This document shows, piece by piece, positions 1-12,489 of a DNA stretch of 64,000 bases; position 1 is the stretch's first letter; each line of letters starts with the position of its first letter. Made by a program: the position numbers and the translations under genes. The DNA comes from Ptychomitrium polyphyllum (taxonomy: Eukaryota), in NCBI GenBank assembly GCA_973851085.1, contig OZ316775.1, forward strand, positions 20,770,001 through 20,834,000, read 5' to 3'. The notes under the pieces are model-generated. The model did not search any database and was not told the origin of the DNA. It saw only the letters and a list, made by a program, of their open reading frames with translations.

Positions 1-1518
1 TCCCCGCGCTCCTTACAATCTACAAAAGACGAATAATAAATCACATGTTCAAACTATGTAACGATCTGTTACAGTACTTGAAACCGATCTCATCTATGGA
101 ATTTGAAAACTTCGTTGATTATAATGTACGCTCCAGTAGATGGTATGGGATGTCGGGAAAAGCGACGGGGTAGGAGTGCGGAATCCTTAGGGTTTACAGA
201 TCCAGGGGGCTTGTGTGATGTCGGACAGAATTTGTGGTTTCTTTGTTGCTTCGATCCTTCTGTTCCGGAGCTCTCGTGCGCGGGGTGTCGCCATTACTGC
301 GTCGCAGCCCGATCGCGCTGCTTTTCATGGTGTTGTGACTAGCGCACAATTCGATTGCGCATCTCGGTAGGTTTTCTCGCTGCACTTTTTCGCTTCTCTT
401 CTTTCTCATTCAACCGGTCGGTAGAGGGCCTGCTATGAAGCAGCAGTCTATAGATACCACGAGATTGCGAATCTTCTGTCATAGTTTGCAGCTTCTCGAT
501 GCATGTTGCTGGAAGTCACTTGGATCGGCGGACGATGCAACGGAAGGGAGTCGTTTTTCTGGTTGTTTGATTGAGATGGAGCGTTTTTCCGTTTGCGTCC
601 AAGTGGTCAGGGTTTCATGAAACGACGATGGTTTTTGTTTGTCTGTCTATCTTTCTGGTTCAGCTCGCAGCGAGAACGGAATATAATCGAATATTTGCAA
701 GGATGTTAGAACGTCAATTTTTGCGTGAGGATGGGAGCCTCTGGATAGAATTTGTGTGTCTGTTCTTTTCTAATGGAGGCGCCAGTGAGCGAGCTTAAGC
801 GTTTTTGCCTTGCTTTGTCGTTTTGAGTTTAAGGTTCTGGGAGCTTCGCATAGTGGAGTGTGCGAATGGCGTGCGGTGCTTCTCGTTGTGAAGTAGGAGG
901 TGAGAGTGTGAGTTTCGACGGCTGAATAGGTCGATTGAATTATGTAGAGAAAAGAATATTGCATGAAGAGCATCGGAGAAGTTTAATTAGTTGCTATGGT
1001 GAGATTGTTATACGTTCTAATATGTTCCAATAAAACAAATTCCTACATTTACCGATCCTTTCTTGTTTCGCAGCCACAAGTGTGTGCTTCTGCACTTCGT
1101 GTGAGTGCTCGAATCATTTAATTGCTGTTGTAGTTTATGTTGTTGTTGCTTATGGTTGATGTTTTTACAAGAATATAATGGCGAATGTAGGGAAGGGCTT
1201 GTATGAGACTTCTAATACGAATTTTAGAATCTGGATTTTACGGCTAAGTTCCAGCCCTGTTTCTGTATGACGTGGAGGGCAATTTCAATCATTCAAGAGG
1301 ACGTCTGCTGTTGGAAACGGAGCCCTGATATTTGAAAGAGGGAGTGGCTTTGAAAATTTCTGATACCGAACCTTTCGTAATCTGCTACTAAAATGGTGAG
1401 AATGAGTGTGAAGCCTGGCGTATGTTGAGTGACGGAGGCTATGTTAACAAGAGGATTTCTGTTGTGCAGCAATCTGGATCAACTGAGTTAGGGCGAGTCG
1501 TGGACTGCGACCAGCAAG

Positions 1519-4272
1519 ATGGGAGGCTGGTGGACGTGGTTGAATGGCCTGCTTTATGGGGTGGGAGGACTTGCGTGTGCGAGTGTGGCGATGCTAGTTG
1601 CATTTCAGGAAAAGCTCGTCTACGTGCCGGTAATTCCGGGTATGAAGCGTGGGTACCCGATTGATCCCTCACGTCTTCATCTTCGTTACGAGGATGTGTG
1701 GCTTACTGCCAAGGATGGAGTGCGACTGCACAGTTGGTATATTGAAGCTCATGCTAACTGTCCAGGTAATATTAGTAACTCATTAGGGCAGAGGAGCATT
1801 CTTTTACTGCAGAAGAAACTGTCTGGTTGTATCTTGTTAGTATATTAGCTGAGTCATAGTCTCAAAGTGAACGTACAAGAATTTGTCTCTGTTCTAGAAC
1901 ACTGTAGCTTGTAACATAGCTACAGTTCAAGATGTAGTCCCTTAACCCTTAATGTAAGTATCTTGATATTTACTTCAATTTCCACTCACTGGCATTATGG
2001 TGCAGTGGCGGTTACTTAACACGGCCTTTCAGATTGTCAACTTCTGAAGTTCTACGATAGATAGTTCGTTTCTAAGCTGGCCTGCTTAGTTTCTTATTGC
2101 AATGATGTGCTTTTGCAGGGCCAACGATTTTGTTTTTTCAGGAAAATGCTGGCAGTATCCTAAGATGAAATCTTCTGGATCTCCTAGGGTCACCACATTC
2201 TGATTAATATGTCTTGTCCGCTTTTTAAGTTTTTCTTTTGCATGAATTTCGATTTTCTCAACATTCTTAGCAGTGGCGGTTGTCAATTAAAGGAGTAGGT
2301 CTTAAAGTATCTAAAAGAACATGAGGTTCTGAAAGGCATGTATCAGAAGTGATTGTCGTTCTAAACTTCCTTGTTGAACAGACATAGCACACCGCCTTCA
2401 GTTTGTGGAACTCATGGTGCGGCGATTGCAGTGCAATGTGTTCATGCTCTCATATCGTGGGTATGTTCTGTCCTTTCTTGATGTTGTGCAAACATATAGT
2501 GCTTACAGTAGCGAGTGACTAAGATGGATGTACCCAATATATTATTTCTGCTTGCATTTTCTGAGCTTGTTTTGGAAAGTCATCTACGTAGTGATTTCAT
2601 AACATACATGCATCACAATTGATGTTATTTCAGGTTTTACGGTCATTTTCATGTTAGAATTTGCACATGCAGGTTTTTGATGTAGTTCGGTAGAGAAGGA
2701 TTACTTCTGTTCGATTCTGAATGAGCTCTTTTCTATCATGTAGGTATGGAGACAGCGAGGGATTCCCATCTCAGCATGGTTTAAAATTAGATGCACAGGT
2801 ATTAATTTTATCCTTCACGTTGATTTCACTTTAAACAGTGGAGAGCATAAATTGGCGACAACGAGTGCATATCTCTTGTGACGTGAGAAGTACATTGGCT
2901 TGTGTGGATTTTGATTCTCTGCAATCAGGGATTAGTGCTAGTTGAGAGTTTTGGCAGCTATAGAACGAGAGGAACTCTGGCGGTGCCTGTTAAATGCTTT
3001 TTATTTGTAATTTTCATTTCAATGTTTAGTGCAACATCCTTACTGCAAGAGACTTATATTTTTGAGAAATTCAGAGTGTGTAGACACTGCAACTTGTATC
3101 TTGTTATCTTCACAGTTATGCCATGAATTTTATTTCATGCATCCGCAAAGTTTGTAGATGTTTAGTTGGCATTGGTAGGAATGTAAGATGTAACCGCCTC
3201 CAAGGAAATTGCGATCATGTACTTGTTCATTTACAGGCAGTGGTGTTAAATGCTTGGCAGGCATCATTGGACTATTTGCACGAGAGGCAAAGTGTTGATT
3301 CAAGTAGGATCGTGGTATTTGGAAGATCACTTGGTGGAGCTGTTGGTTCTGCTCTTGTTAGGGAGAACCCTGGAAGGGTAGATTATTCATAATATGTCAC
3401 TTGATAATATTGCAACTTTATGATTACTTTTGTACTGTTATGTTAATCTGACTGAGCGTGTGTCTTCAAGAGTTATGCCCGTAATGGTTGACTTTGCTCT
3501 CTATGCTACTGGATTGGGACTACGAACATTTTAGCAGATTTGCTGTTTTCTGATTAGCCTTGCTTCCAGGAATCTTGGTTTGTATTCTGAGCAGTTATCT
3601 TTTTGGCTGCAGGTAGCTGGATTAATACTGGAGAACACATTCACTTCAATTCTTGACTTGGCAGGAGTTATACTTCCAGGTTTGAGATATATTGTTGGTG
3701 GGAAGGGAGGACTATTGAATTGGTTCGTGAAGTCTCCTTGGAAAACCATTGAACTTATAAAACATGTAAGCTGTTCTTTCCTATCCGTCCATTTGACATT
3801 GTGCTGTGTATTATGTTTGATGCTTTGTTTCTTTTTAGTCAACATTGGTTTGCAAGAATTTGTCGGAAGGACTTACACCTTGTGGTGTAGGGGAACCATT
3901 TTTTCAGATGTATCACAACGCCCCATGCTGAAGACGACATTGCTGAATCTAATGTGTATCCTTTACCTAATGAGCTTTCTTGTTATTGTCTATTTGTCTT
4001 GCTTACTTCGGTGTGCTGTTTATGGGTTGCAGATTGAAGCACCCATTTTATTTTTGGCTGGTCAATTGGATGAGATGGTTCCTCCAGCTCACATGCACCA
4101 ACTTTATGAAGCAGCTCAGAAGACTTCTAGTGCTCAGCATACATTTGTTGAGTTTCCAGATGGTATGCATATGGATACGTGGATGCAGGGTGGGGAGCGC
4201 TACTGGCGAAGTATTGAGATTTTTCTGCAAAACAATGCAGCAGCTGGCAGATCCTTTTTCTTAAGGAAGTGA
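1519..4272 (+). CDS. WAV2: Alpha/beta-hydrolase of the ABHD13/WAV2 (Bem46-like) family; 7 coding exons approx. 1519-1765, 2119-2154, 2382-2460, 2744-2798, 3261-3378, 3613-3765, 4033-4272
   Basis: Spliced translation has an N-terminal TM segment, FQEKLVYVP, FQENAGNIAHR, SYRGYG, nucleophile GRSLG, ENTFTS, DEMVP and HMDTW (Ser-Asp-His triad intact). GT-AG junctions keep frame. Confidence 0.93.
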
Positions 4273-6770
4273 TTGAACGTAGCCATAGTATCCACCTGCT
4301 TTGGTGGCAGCCTTCATCTCACTCTTCTGTAAGGTAGACACTAGCATTGTGAGGTTAGGTCCCTCCAGCCTCTTAGATGAGTTGTAGCAGTACCATTCTG
4401 ACAAGGATTTGCTAAGCTTCTTATGGAATTTTTAAACGTGGTAGTTCATCCACCCAATCATTGCCTGGACTCTTTTGTTAGGAACCTGCGTATTGGCATT
4501 TGTTGATCCTTTCCTGTGACATTTAGATACTATTTCGTCTCGTCAGTAACACATTTATTTGGAGGGCCGATGTAAATAGAATTGGAGAGTTTGCAGTGAT
4601 CATCTCAATAAAACATTTCGTGAGAATGTTGTAAGATTCATTTACAATGTTGCAAGATTCAAGCTTGATCGATCATTTACAATGTTGCCTTGTTGTGCTT
4701 GCCCTCCATGGCTGAAAGATTGTACTAGATGTCAGAAAGCAATAGCACATGCAACACATGCAACATTTTCAGGAATATCAGTGAAATATTAAAACCAACT
4801 GAGTTCTACTATTTTGTATCTTCAACCGGTCCATCATAACTCTTCAAAAAGATATAGTCGTAACCAACTAACTCGTGCCAGATCTTGAATTCTTGTTAGC
4901 ATAATACTGCTAGCTCTGCAGGTTTGTTGTACACAGATCTTCATTCTGTATAATGGCGAAGATTAAAAGGAGCCACTTATCAATTTCATTATCGGCAGAT
5001 GCGGTACAAAAAGTGGCTAGAGAGGCGGCCTATGAAAGATAAATTAATACAGCTAGGAGGCGACATTCTGCTGCATGGTAGAGATCGTACAGATTGTTTA
5101 CACGATCGACTCTTTTGCATGTGAAATTCAATATGCGAACAATGGAGGCTCATGCAGATATTGCAGGTGTCAGAGAGGTAAGCTACGTAATCTTTGACTA
5201 GAAATGTGGTTGGAACTTGGTAGATAATCAAATTCGAGAATGTGGAGGTGAAGTTAAAAAACATACCGGGCTTAGATTATTTCGTTAGTCATACATAAAA
5301 GCTGAGTGTTGAACCGCACGGAATCTTCGTATTCTGTACGATCCACTACTGTCACGCTATCTACCCCACACTTGGTGCTTCTGTGAGTAAAGCAGTGTGT
5401 AGTTTCGATAACGTTTAAATCTCGACCAGGACTTATGGCAGGGCTAGCAGGACGATTATTCAACCAGGGAAAGGCTGTTGTAAATGCAATGTTGGGCAGC
5501 CGAAGTGCAGTTCTAAGGCATTGTTTAGCTGGGGAATGCGAGTTTTTAGTCCATTGTAGACTGCACTTTTGGCCTGGATTTTGAATCTATTTGGTTTTAC
5601 AGCAAGTGCGCCTGAAGTGGGCCAGCAAGTGGGCAGCGAGAAGGATGAGTTGCGATACTTAGGTCAGTGGCACCGGAGTTGCTCCTCGATAGGCGTACGC
5701 CGTCGTTCAATCGGCTGTGGTTAACTGATTGTGCCATTGATGCACTGGCACATTTGCTGCAGCCAATGTTTCAGTAGGCATTGGATCTGCAATGAGTACG
5801 CCAGCTCCAGTAGTGGCCACACGTATCTTAGTTATCAAAGTTCCGATCCGCAAGTCGATATCACGGCAAGAATTGGAGGTAGTTGATTTAGCGAGTAGCT
5901 AATTCAGGCCCCTATATTGGTAATCATGTGAGAATCACCTCCAGAGATTTTCCTTGATCAGCCTTATCTTTTGATGGGATGCTGGATGTAGTGATAATGA
6001 ACTGAACAGTGCTACTTGAATCAAGTGACTTGCTTGATCAAAGAAAATTTTCGCTAAGTATGCCTAACTTGTAGCATTATAAAACTTTTTTGGTATTAAA
6101 AAATTGGACTTGACTTTGGGTGGCAATTCATTTGTGAACTGTGTATCTGTACATTTATTTCTTTGCAATATTCTTCCGTGTTGTTAGAGCACTTGAATCA
6201 CACAAGCTGACGTTCCTTCAACACTAGAGCAACACATTGAACACCAGCGTGCGAGGGGATTGTTTTAGCAAATAAATCTAATTGATCTCTGACAATCCCT
6301 TTCCTACACGATGACAATGAGCAAACAACATGAGAGAAACTTGTGGAAGCTTACTGGAAGCAATTTTAAGGTTCTAACTCGTACTTACTGCTTGCTGGAA
6401 AGTCGTCTTGCCCAAAGTGCTGTAATTCGAAGTATGTAAGTTACAAATCAGTATGCAATATGCTAGAGTGCAACTAGGTGCATCAACTGTCTTTTTAAGC
6501 AGCAACTTGCAGACATCTCGCAGCTATCTGTCTCTTGTGTTGGCGAACTTGGAGAGACCTATTGTCGAAATTGCAGAGTTATCTGAATCGAAGATCAATT
6601 GCAACCACAAGATTCAGTTGCGAGTTCAATCATGTCAGTTCTTACTGAGTTTTGTTGCTGCATGAAGACTTGCTCTGGCGCAAACCCTGATAATCTTGGC
6701 GTTTGACTGATCGATTACTTGTTTGCTCACTAACTGAAAATTCCTGCAGACGATGGCATAAGAGTTGCAC

Positions 6771-7735
6771 ATGAAGCTATGGAACCAGTTGCCGACAGAG
6801 ATTCTCGAGAAGTATGTCCTGCGTTCCATTTCTCACGCTCTGCAGTTTCAGAGATATGTGCAAGCAGAGGAACACTGCCGGCAGTTCGTCCTGCTAAGTT
6901 CTGACGGTTGCCTACTAAGTTTAGAGCCAAATTTGAGACGTGCTTCCATTTAGCATTACCATGTGCTGGTGTGTAACCCCATCCCCAGGAATCACCAAGT
7001 TGTTCCCGATATTGATGATCAATGGGATGATGAGCCCAAAGACCGTATAATGCACAAAGAGAGCTCTATGGAATACAAGATATTTGCAGCGACATTAAAT
7101 GGATAGCTAATGGTCTTTCCAATTTTATGTAAACCTTTTTTCATCCTTTGAGGTTGATTTATGCTTTTCGGGATTCACATCCAGTAGATCATACGTATAC
7201 TGCAGCATTATTTTCAACTGTGTTTTCTATTCCTGTCGAAAGGAAAGCTACGATGAACACGTAATTTTTGAGATAAGCTTGCAGCGGCAACACGACCTCT
7301 TCGCCTACGACATTCAGGATCGGAGGATGTCAAAGAGCACGAAAAGCAAGCCTCATCCTAATTTCGGAACAAAAATGTCAGTCGTCGTCATCCATTTACA
7401 CCTGATTTTGGCAGCGAATTTGTGTTTCAGCATTTCAACAAGGTCCGTTTCAGCGATTCCATGACAATACACGACGCTTCAGTATGCCATATTCTTCTGC
7501 CGAAGCTATTCAGTTGGACAAGTAGCGCTAATTTTTAGTACGAGCGTCCTAGAGTGGAAGTTCATCTTCTTTCCTGGTCTACTGATGTCAAAGAATGGAA
7601 ACCCATTACTCCTGTGGTGAATATGCTCAGATCAGGTCACTACTGGTGATACGACCGGAAGAACATGAAGAAGGTCTCCTTCGATGTAGAAGCAAATAAT
7701 TCAGCACTAGATTGAGCTATCGTTCAAACCGTGGT
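6771..7735 (+). pseudogene. Degenerate F-box (kelch/FBA-associated) gene remnant
   Basis: MKLWNQLPTEILEKYVL is F-box-like. Downstream broken frames contain LVCNP (~6970) and LFAYD (~7300), typical of plant F-box C-terminal repeats. Multiple stops and frameshifts. Confidence 0.6.
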
Positions 7736-7925
7736 AGCAGTACTTGACACAAGCGGGATGATGTGAGGTGTTAAGAGGTGTTGACAATGTGGGCCCAGAG
7801 ATAGGCCTTGAATTGCACATATACTCGACTTACCTGAGCTATTCTGCTGCAATTAACACTCCCTCAGGCTTAGCTTCTAACACGTCTAGCTGTTGCCAAA
7901 TGACTCTTATTGCTGGCTATGACTA

Positions 7926-10480
7926 TCATGGCGTTCGGAGCATCGCAGCCAGATCTACAGCTGCCGTCGGGGTGGTAGTGCTTAGAAACGATGCCACCAC
8001 GCCGTCCTTGATGATCTCCAGTGCTTGCGAATGGTTCACACACCGAGGAGGCTTGTACTGCGAGGGAGACGCGCCTCTTCCCACAGCCGAGTTCATCACC
8101 TTGTCGAATGTGCCCTCATGAACTATGCTCAGCTCCAACGGTCCGATCTGTTTGGCGCTTCGCCATTTCTTGTACGCGTTGTTGAAGCTCTCGTCGAGAG
8201 TGTTTGCGCAGTTTTGTAATGCATCGTGGTCCAAGTTGCTATCACCAACCGTATACCCAAGTTTTAATAATAAGTAGACTACGCAACGTAATTATCGTTT
8301 ATGCATTGGAAGAATGGAGATTGGGTTTCTAGGAGTTTACCTGCAGTTAGTCATCTCCCAGAAGATGACGTAGTGACCAGGTAGGGAGGTGACATCAGCA
8401 GTGCTGGTGTAATCCGAGAGCTCCATGGCTGTTCCTGTCAGCAGCGCCGAGGCTTTGTTCACTACGGCTTGAAGCTCCGCTTCGTCTGTCTTGTCGGTGT
8501 GCAAACTGAGAATTACACTCTTGCGTCGCACAAACTCATACACTGGAGTAGTCTTGCGGAAGCTCTTCACTCTTATGACGTCGCCTATGCGATACCGATA
8601 CAAACCTGGAGCAATCATCATCTTCAACCTTAGGTGAGATCAACTAACGTAGCTTGTGAGAAAAAGATACACTATCTGTGTTACCTCTCAAGACCGATTG
8701 ATTTAGGCACTGTAGGTGATTACCAATGACGTTGGTTATCACAAGCTCGTACACCTTGCCGACTTCGAGATCACCGGCTTCCAGAATCTTCATATTGTCC
8801 TCAGATGGTTCCACACCGTCATTGTCCAGTGGGATGAACTCATAGTATGAAGTTTCAGGCCATAGCATGTATGTAATGTCCTCAGGTGCGCACTTCATGT
8901 TAGGACTGAGGCCGATGAACGAGCACTCGGCAGCCGCATGAACAGGGGAAATCATCTCAAGATGGCCTGAAAAATGCTTTAAAGCAGGTGCATACTGCAG
9001 CATACTTCCGGATATGACACAGACCACAAACCGGGCATTAGGGAAAAGTCGTGGAAGAATGCCCTCCCAATCTTCCTTTGAGCATTCTTTCTCTATCCTG
9101 CTTGCAAGATCGGGGTTCGGTTGTAGCGTCTTTTCCACCGCTGCTCTCATTTCGGGCTCCATAATCTTCTCGTTCAGCGTGCCCGTTCTAATATCCTCCA
9201 CTATCTCCTGCCATTGCTTTTGCAGTGCGCGGACTGCGACAACGATACTAACTGGAACATGGACAAGTCATCGAGTTGAACAAGAGGTAACGAGCAGAAT
9301 TCTGACTTCTGTGCTCTCATGCTAACATCAGTTAACAAGACGTACAAAAACATGATTCATGTAATTCTAGTACCTAGAAGGAATGAGTTGGACTATACCT
9401 GCAAATGTACTATACACTTTGACGATCTCGGGTGCTTGAGCTAGAGCGCAAAGGATATGACAGTACATGCCCTGGTTGACGTCGTTGCATAGAATCACCT
9501 CGTCGGGAACACAATATTCCTGATTAGGGTCTCTAACTCGATCCCGAAAACGTGGACTTCTAAAAAAGTTGGTACTCAGCGCTCCAGCTTTGATCCCTGC
9601 AGGTGTGTCTATCTGCTTCCCGGCAAACGCAAGACTCATGCCCTTGCCATCTTTGTAACCTGGAAAATCTCTGTTGCACTCGTCACACGTAAGCTGAATC
9701 ACTGCCTTGTCTGAACTCATTGAATCTTCTTTCCCATAAAACCCCCGAAGAAACTGTATCACACCGACTACTGCCTGGAATGTGTTTGAAGTTCACCAAA
9801 GAGAAGTTCTATTTGAAAATATGTACCTGCTGAATATCGCCCTAACATAGGCCTGTATAAACATGAAACTCTCAAATGCTCTTGCAGTTGCTGGTATAAA
9901 CTTTGGTTTCCCAGCTGTGGTTCCTGAGCTGCAGCATTCTCCAGGTATAGTGCAAGACAATATTCAGAAATAGAGGAAACAGGGGAGGACATGGTTGAAA
10001 CGATTACTGCAAGGAATTTGGGAAGCGAGCGAGAGAGGGAGAAGGGGACCTGAGATTGAAGGTGGTGATGGGGTCCACGGTGAAGATGGGAGCCTGCTCT
10101 CCGTTCACCAACGACAGGATATCATCCTCCAAGTCGCCATAGCTCACGACGGGCACGCACTTCCTGAAGCTCTCCACATCAGTATGGCCGTTGAGCCCGT
10201 GACGCCGCAAGTACTCCACATCCGCCATCACCTCCAGAATCTCCCGTAGCTTTGCGTGCTGGATATACATCATGTCTTCCGACACCAGGTCCAAAAAATC
10301 CTCCGGGTCAAACCCAGGAACAGTGGGGTCGATCCCTCGCTTCGAAGGCAGGACGAAGGGGACGCCATCCCGGTGCAGCTGCAGCAGCTCCGCGTTCAAG
10401 TCGGATTTCGTCGCAGCTGGGGCAGTGTAGGCCTGCTCGAGTTCCGCGTTGACGCCCTTTTCAGTAACTACAGCTGCCAT
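7926..10480 (-). CDS. GH3: GH3-family acyl-acid amido synthetase (auxin/jasmonate-conjugating type); exons approx. 10480-10050, 9930-9827, 9672-9399, 9252-8724, 8605-8341, 8239-7926
   Basis: Motif I SSGTTAGKPKFIP, motif II region HAAAE, motif III GLYRYRIGD, plus DKTDEAEL, PGHYVIFWE, IGPLEL and QYKPPRC. Canonical GT-AG junctions keep frame. Confidence 0.95.
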
Positions 10481-11757
10481 TGCAGAAACTCCCGCTATTT
10501 AACCCAGCTCCGATTTAGGAACGTTACTCTATTCAATGCGTTGGAGATACTAGACTTGTATTGAAAGGAAAATGCAACTCGTATGCTCTACAAGGAATAA
10601 GACAAACCCCGACCTTTCTTGAGACCAATGTAAATCAAAGGATGTTGATGTACTTCCTTTTAAACCCACGCTTCCAACTCAAACACACAATGACAATGGC
10701 AATTCAGCGAAATAGGGGCGCTGGCCACTTCCAGTTCCAATGAGGCTAGACGAGTGAGTACATTACAAACTCAATCAAACTGGTCGCAAGGTGAGATATA
10801 TGTTAGTAGTGCTTCGTCCACATGAAACATACCCTAAAGTTCCGCCGAGGATCACAGTCGTTGACAACTTGCTCCCGGGCCTCTAGTTTGCTGGAAAGAT
10901 ATCGCGTCTGTGCCCTCTCTTATCTGCACGAATCAAGTTAACGTGATTTTGTCGGTGCACATGCTTCACGAGTTGCCACTCGCAAAGGTTACTGAACCTG
11001 GAGTGGATTAAACACGGTTCAGTCAAATAGTGTATCGTGCAACTATTGCCACCAGTAGGCAGACTCACTACAGTTTTGTGACAACCAAACTCGATCCAAG
11101 ATTAAAGTTACCTAGATCTAGTCCCTGCCTGATGAAAATCTGCACTTAACGAACAGGAGAACTAATTGACAAAATCAACTGGCTACTGTAATACTGGTAA
11201 AGCATGAAGCGAGCTAGTTTCATCCGGTTTCAGCTTAGAACTTTGAATTCTCCTACCAGTAAGTTATCAACTTGGCAATTCCAATCAGATGATTCTATAG
11301 TAACTGCCAGATCTCGGCGTACATGGAAGGGGGCCACCCAAATACCACTGTTCCTCTATTTGTCAGCGTCACCATTGGGATGATGGTAACAACATGGTAG
11401 TCCATCCATATTCCTCCTGCCTGTACCTGTTTCCGGTATCGGGTCTGGTAAAAGACATACAGTAGTAACTTTGAAGATCTCAATTGAGAACACAAACGTT
11501 TTCGGGTCGAAACGTCGGAATTACGAAACGAGCTTACAAAGCTCTTGCCAATCAGTACATCAGAAATATCGCGTCCCACAAAACATGACAGGTGCAGTTG
11601 AGCCTGCCACGCGGAATCATGCAACCTTGAAAGTCAACTCGTAGATAGAGATTTTGGAGCATGAATAATTGGGCGTTGGAATTCCAGGTGTGACTTGTGG
11701 GTGGTGGACACTGTACGTTACATGCTGGGAATAATTTACACGTAATTTAAGTATCAA

Positions 11758-12182
11758 AGGCCCCCTTACACGTACTCCTGCAGAAATTTCAGACACTTTC
11801 TCCTGCAGAGAATTTTCAGCCACCTTCCCAAGAAATTTTCGCTCAAGACATGAGTATTTTGGGCAAAAAGGCCAATTCAAGGGAGATGAATGAATATTAA
11901 AATAAACAATATAATAAATATTTTCTTCAGTGGACCAATTTTTGGGTCCCCATAATAAAGAGCATTCCTAAAAATGGTCAATGTGAAAAGACTTCCCACC
12001 AATAATTGCAATCATGTAAGTACCCAACTAATTTTCTCATTCATTTTCAAATTAGTTCTCAAACAATGGGACAAGATGTAAAACCTTATTAAACTTTACT
12101 AGATATTGAAAAAATTTGACCAATCATATTACTAGAATTCTCTAAATAGGCCGCCTTCGTTGGGATAAGTGTAAGGCGGCCT
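11758..12182. mobile_element. Candidate MITE (Tourist/PIF-Harbinger-like), ~425 bp
   Basis: Left end GGCCCCCTTACAC (11759-11771). Right end GTGTAAGGCGGCC (12169-12181), whose reverse complement GGCCGCCTTACAC matches 12/13. AT-rich non-coding interior. No clean target-site duplication. Confidence 0.5.
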
Positions 12183-12489
12183 GAAGGAGGCAGGGGTATC
12201 AGAGTTACAAACGTACAAAGTGAGCGATTTGCAATCCTGGATAAAGAATTGAACGTATAGTTAGATTGCTACAACTGCCATAGAGCATCTCATGCCGCCT
12301 GAAAGTCATCATGCTTCACATAAAATTTCTCACATAATATACCTCAAATTTGCTTCGAAGCATAGTTGAGCATATTCTGACTACCATAATAGTTTACACT
12401 ATTTAGAGATTATGGACCAACATGATTCAGTGTTATCTCCAAGAATGTTCAAAAAATGAGTAGTTTACAAGTATAACTTTGCGACGCTA

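Noticed and set aside
100..1500. Several 60-80 aa ORFs upstream of WAV2
   Set aside because: No recognisable motifs; composition (telobox, T-rich tracts, splice-like signals) fits a 5'UTR with introns.
4630..4690. Short direct repeat CATTTACAATGTTGC
   Set aside because: Two-copy local duplication in the 3' flank; no sign of function.
4860..5900. Coding-like composition with short ORFs
   Set aside because: No family could be assigned; frames are broken.
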